Positions 60,707-64,000 of a DNA stretch of 64,000 nt are shown here, one piece after another; position 1 is the first letter of the stretch, and each line of letters opens with the position of its first letter. The notes beneath the pieces are model-generated. The model ran no database searches. It saw only the letters and a program-made list of their open reading frames with translations, and was not told the DNA's origin. Made by a program: the position numbers and the translations under genes. The DNA is from an uncultured delta proteobacterium (lineage in GTDB: Bacteria > Desulfobacterota > Desulfobacteria > Desulfobacterales > SpSt-501): the NCBI GenBank assembly GCA_963791285.1, contig CAWBSC010000025.1, positions 92,520 to 156,519 on the forward strand, read 5' to 3'.

Positions 60707-61492
60707 TCAGCGTCGCCGCCGGGCGACCGTCGCCCCGTAAATGACCAGGTAGGCCGTTGCCGCCGCGAAGGCGACCGCGGTCCCCCATCCCACCCCCAGG
60801 CGCGGATAGCCGAGCGCCACGGCGCAGCCGTAGACGATCAGCGACCCGAGCCCCAGCGGGAAGTTCTTGATGATGGTGTGGACATGGGCCTTATCATAGG
60901 TGAGATGCACGATCAACATGAGGGGGAACAGCGCCGTCGGGAAAGCGGAGAACAACCCGGCCCAGGCCGGGCCGACGACGCGCGCCGCCGCGGTAATGGC
61001 CAGGATGATGGCGGCCGCCAGGCAGGCCCGCAGCAGCATCACGGCCGGGGTGAAGCGCACGCTGCGGGTGATCGCCACGTTGCGGATGTGGCGGAAGAGG
61101 TAGGAGAAGACCAGGATGGACGCGGCCGGCAGAAGCAACGCACCCGGCAGCGAGAAGGGCACCCCCTGCAGCACCCCGGCCGCCGCAAAATAGGCGGCCA
61201 GCGCGGCCGCGGTCGCCGGTGCGACCGCCCGCCCCCGGCAGCGGGCGGACACGACGAAATAGGCGTACACGAAGGATAGCGAGGCGGCCAGCCCGGCCAG
61301 CGCGAACACGGCGCTGTCGGCGGCGAACTGCGGCCCGATCTCGAGGCCGATGAAGAAGAGCGCGATCGCCGCCCCCAGCGGGTAACCCGAGAGCACGCCG
61401 GCCACGCGCGGGCTGAACCGCTCGGCCACCAGCGAGAGCCCGAGCACCATCCCGATGGTGACGAGGATCTTGACGGGGATGAGAAAGGCCAT
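60707..61492 (-). CDS. integral membrane protein, hypothetical
   Basis: 261-aa ORF, about 8 hydrophobic segments. No family recognised. Confidence 0.65.
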   Translation of the reverse strand: MAFLIPVKILVTIGMVLGLSLVAERFSPRVAGVLSGYPLGAAIALFFIGLEIGPQFAADSAVFALAGLAASLSFVYAYFVVSARCRGRAVAPATAAALAAYFAAAGVLQGVPFSLPGALLLPAASILVFSYLFRHIRNVAITRSVRFTPAVMLLRACLAAAIILAITAAARVVGPAWAGLFSAFPTALFPLMLIVHLTYDKAHVHTIIKNFPLGLGSLIVYGCAVALGYPRLGVGWGTAVAFAAATAYLVIYGATVARRRR

Positions 61493-61537
61493 GGGCCGCC
61501 GCTTTACTTCACTTCGCCTTCGGGGTATGGGATTTCA

Positions 61538-62008
61538 ATGACTGCCCTGCATGCCACCGCCGATGTCGGCCCGGCCGTCTTCATCCGGCTCTCCCCCGGG
61601 ACCGATCTCATCACCGGGATCGAGGAGGCCTGCTGCGCGCAGGGGGTCCGCTCCGGCGCGATCGTCAGCTGCATCGCCAGCCTGCGGCGCGCCTCGTTTT
61701 TCGTGGTCGTCCCGATGGACACCGCGGTCGGCGGAGGCTACAGCGAGCCCGTGCACCTGGAAGCACCCGTCGAAATCGTCTCGGCGCAGGGGAGCATCGG
61801 CGCGGAGGCGGACGGCACGCTCTTCGTCCACCTGCACGCGGCCGTCGCGGATGCGGGCGGCACGGCGCACGGCGGGCACTTGCTGCGCGGGCGCTGCCCG
61901 ATCCTGATCACCTCCGAGATCGTCATACTGCCCTTCACCCGCCTGCAGCTCGTGCGCATGCAAGACCCGGAAGCCGGCATGCCGATCCTCAAGCCAATAG
62001 CCAAGTGA
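61538..62008 (+). CDS. PPC (DUF296) domain protein
   Basis: 156 aa. LSPGTDLITGIEEAC...LFVHLHAAVADAGGTAHGGHLL is the typical PPC/DUF296 pattern. Confidence 0.72.
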   Translation: MTALHATADVGPAVFIRLSPGTDLITGIEEACCAQGVRSGAIVSCIASLRRASFFVVVPMDTAVGGGYSEPVHLEAPVEIVSAQGSIGAEADGTLFVHLHAAVADAGGTAHGGHLLRGRCPILITSEIVILPFTRLQLVRMQDPEAGMPILKPIAK

Positions 62009-62010
62009 TC

Positions 62011-62378
62011 GTTCGCCCGTTTGCGCGTGGACCCACGGCAAGGCGCTTCGGCGTTCAAAGGCAGGGCCCGTTTTTTTCGACCGATCGGTCGGATCGGACC
62101 GATCGCCGGATCACGGCCCGCGATAACGTCCAAAACGGCGCCCCAGGCCGTCAGCCAAGGCGCCGTGGACCTTCGGAAAGCGCAGCATGCTCCCGGCATG
62201 TGAGCATTTACGAAGGGCCGCGCAACGCCGGATCACGGCCCGCGATAACGTCCAAAACGGCGCCCCAGGCCGTCAGCCAAGGCGCCGCGGACCTTTGGAA
62301 AGCGCAGCATGCTCCCGGCATGTGAGCATTTACGAAGGGCCGCGCAACGCCGGATCACGGCCTGCGGCGCCGTTTTCC
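62011..62378 (+). repeat. composite repeat: ~95-bp head, 26-nt fragment, and two tandem PR-1 units (62131-62252 and 62253-62378; period 122 bp)
   Basis: The two units are near-identical (CAAAACGGCGCCCCAGGCCGTCAGCCAAGGCGCCG...GGATCACGGCC). The head is homologous to 51695-51792 and carries a T7 run at 62071-62077. Begins 3 nt after the PPC gene stop. Confidence 0.9.
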
Positions 62379-63655
62379 GGGAACAACCCGTCGACCGCGG
62401 CCCAAGCCGTCGCGATAGCCAGCCCCGACCCGCACTTCATGCGCATCCAGTCCTGGTGGGCCAGGATCGACCCCGCGGCGCGCAGCTGCGGGTGCACCAC
62501 CCGACCGTCCGCGTCGACCGGCCGAAAGGCCGCGTCGACCTCGACCCCGGCCCGGTTGATCGGGTGGCCGCGGCGGTCGAGGAAATCCTCGCGGTGCCAG
62601 TCGTCCCGGCGCACGGGGTGGCTGACCGGCAGGTGGAACAGGGTCTCGTACACCCGCTGGCGGTCGGCCTGCAGGCCGCCTCCCATGAAACGCCCGGTCG
62701 CCAGGATCACGGCGCGCGCCTCGATCACCTCTTCGACGTCCCGCACCGGCCCGGCGTGCAGCCGGAAGCCTCCGCCCGGGTCCGCCTCCGTGCGGACGAC
62801 CCTGCTCTCGAGACAGAGGGTCACCCCGAGACCCTTCAGGCCCCGCTCGAAGGCCTCCTTGAGGCGCAGCCCCGTGACCCCCGGCGGCATGGTGGGGATT
62901 TCGAACACTGGCACCCCCAGGCGATTTTCGAGATCGCGCAGGACCTCCGCCGAACCGGAAACCCCGAGCACGGCCGGCAGCCCCACGACGGCGGCCGTCC
63001 CGAGCCGCGGCCGCAGCTCGGCTGCGAGCGCCTCGCGGCTGGCGGCCACTTCGAGCGAGCGGGCCAGGCGCTCGGGGAAGACCTCTCCCGGCCCGGTGCT
63101 CCCCGGCAGGCTCAGGCGCGTCGTGCACACCCCGGGCCAGCGGTCGCCGAGGGTGGCCGCGATCTGGCGCGCGCTGAAGCCCTTCAGTCCCCGGATGTCG
63201 GCGATGAGACAGGGGGAACGCCGGCCGAGCGCGACGACCCCGTTCCACGCCGTGGCCGGCACGCGGTAGGTCGTCTTCAGGGTGCCGACCGAGGTGACGG
63301 CCTGCACGTTCCGGTCGGCCTCCCCGACATAGGGCAGTCCCTGCTCCGCGAGGAAGGCGACCAGCCCGTCGAACGCCGACCGGATCCGCTCGGCCGGGAT
63401 GCGCGCGTACGGGTGCCGCGGCTGGGCCGCCATGAGCGCCGCCAGGCCGGCCCAGGGATCGTCCCAGACCTCGCCGGTTTCGGGCGCGGGCACGGCCAGC
63501 AGGTCCAGAAAGCCGGTGGCGAAGATGATCTCCCCGGTCCGCCCCACCACGACCGTGGACAGGCCGCGCCGGGCCGCGAACAGGGCCGCGCTCAGACCGG
63601 CCATCCCGCTGCCGACGATGCAGAGGTCGTAGGGTTTCGATTCGGCGGCGTTCAT
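62330..63655 (-). CDS. glpB: anaerobic glycerol-3-phosphate dehydrogenase subunit B
   Basis: Start at MNAAESKPYDLCIVGSGMAGLSAALFAARRG (ATG 63655, overlapping the glpA stop as ATGA). The last 16 codons (PENGAAGRDPALRGPS) are encoded by the PR-1 repeat. Confidence 0.78.
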   Translation of the reverse strand: MNAAESKPYDLCIVGSGMAGLSAALFAARRGLSTVVVGRTGEIIFATGFLDLLAVPAPETGEVWDDPWAGLAALMAAQPRHPYARIPAERIRSAFDGLVAFLAEQGLPYVGEADRNVQAVTSVGTLKTTYRVPATAWNGVVALGRRSPCLIADIRGLKGFSARQIAATLGDRWPGVCTTRLSLPGSTGPGEVFPERLARSLEVAASREALAAELRPRLGTAAVVGLPAVLGVSGSAEVLRDLENRLGVPVFEIPTMPPGVTGLRLKEAFERGLKGLGVTLCLESRVVRTEADPGGGFRLHAGPVRDVEEVIEARAVILATGRFMGGGLQADRQRVYETLFHLPVSHPVRRDDWHREDFLDRRGHPINRAGVEVDAAFRPVDADGRVVHPQLRAAGSILAHQDWMRMKCGSGLAIATAWAAVDGLFPENGAAGRDPALRGPS

Positions 63656-64000
63656 GGGCGGTCCTCCAGCTCGAGCCCGAGATACCCGCAGTGCAGCGCC
63701 TCCTGCAGCTCCTCCTGGAGCAGCGCGGTGTCCCAGAGGATGGGGCGCATCCCGCGCCAGCGGGCGCTCAGGAACGAGCGCAGGTCCGCGAGGCCCTCCC
63801 GCGCCACCAGCCGGCCCTCCTCGTAAAGGTAGGCGTTGATGCGCAGCCCGCAGAAGGCCCCCTGGCAGGTGCCCTTGCCGATGCGGCTGCGCCGGCCGAT
63901 CCCGTAGAGGCTGGGGCGCCCGCCCTGGGTGCGGATCCCGTCGATCACCGCATCCACGGCGCTGGCCGGCACCATCTCGCACTCGCACAGCAGCAGGTCG
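63652..64000 (-). CDS. glpA: anaerobic glycerol-3-phosphate dehydrogenase subunit A, C-terminal part (gene runs off the right edge)
   Basis: Open frame ...DLLLCECEMVPASAVDAVIDG...RRSRIGKGTCQGAFCGLR...FLSARWRGMRPILWDTALLQEELQ. This matches the BFD-like domain and tail of GlpA (compare E. coli FLNERWKGVQPIAWGDAL). Confidence 0.8.
   Translation of the reverse strand, partial: DLLLCECEMVPASAVDAVIDGIRTQGGRPSLYGIGRRSRIGKGTCQGAFCGLRINAYLYEEGRLVAREGLADLRSFLSARWRGMRPILWDTALLQEELQEALHCGYLGLELEDRP

Noticed and set aside
62011-62078. Canonical rho-independent terminator in the repeat head after the PPC gene (T7 run at 62071-62077).
   Set aside because: I could not draw a convincing GC-rich stem immediately upstream of the T-run by eye. 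Left as part of the repeat description, not called as a terminator feature.
62187-63826. ORFs 62187..63269 and 62309..63826 (plus strand), and other ORFs starting in PR-1 copies (e.g. 15371..16306, 51696..51968).
   Set aside because: They initiate inside the repeat (recurring peptide CEHLRRAAQRRITA) and then run antisense through real genes. The shared N-termini are a by-product of the repeat, not a protein family.

Overview
GC-rich bacterial chromosomal window with about 55 protein-coding genes. I saw no rRNA, tRNA or CRISPR array. The gene content suggests an anaerobe, plausibly Desulfobacterota-like: class III ribonucleotide reductase NrdDG, a tungsten-type aldehyde:ferredoxin oxidoreductase, anaerobic GlpAB, PilT/PilU, DivIVA/YggT and a rubrerythrin-like protein. 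Taxonomy cannot be fixed from this window.

Layout:
- 1-12.2 kb: one long minus-strand operon. It holds a MacB/FtsX-type ABC module, a ~1650-aa fusion of an M28-peptidase-like ectodomain to an FtsX permease, two ~650-680-aa polytopic membrane proteins and two small proteins. This is my best candidate for an undescribed system.
- 12.3-17.8 kb: glycan-modification genes (two glycosyltransferases, GNAT, polysaccharide deacetylase, histidine phosphatase).
- 18-29.6 kb: mixed metabolism (acyl-CoA ligase, HD protein, nrdDG, ChaN-like, thioredoxin-like/MauE pair, proC).
- 29.7-36.3 kb: GntR regulator, HcnABC/proline-dehydrogenase-like flavoprotein pair, AOR and a MoaD-like protein.
- 36.9-40.7 kb: yggT, divIVA, pilT, pilU-like, zinc-ribbon/receiver protein.
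- 40.75-50.65 kb: visibly lower-GC island encoding secreted hydrolases, ending in an IS3-family element that carries a nested IS30-family element.
- 50.8-64 kb: MBL hydrolase, folP, ftsH, tilS, grpE, dnaK, usp, rubrerythrin-like, membrane protein, PPC-domain protein, glpB and partial glpA.

Two global features stand out.
1. About 30 single-base indels break otherwise well-conserved genes. They are strongly clustered: ftsH alone has at least 10, while nrdD, aor and the acyl-CoA ligase have none. I read this as local assembly or consensus error, not decay. Affected genes are given as full-length spans typed pseudogene.
2. Intergenic DNA is dense with repeats. There are two related families of ~120-bp palindromic elements that sit directly after stop codons. 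There are also hairpins whose arms are tandem heptamers, (GGGTTCA)n and (CACCCAAA-like)n.
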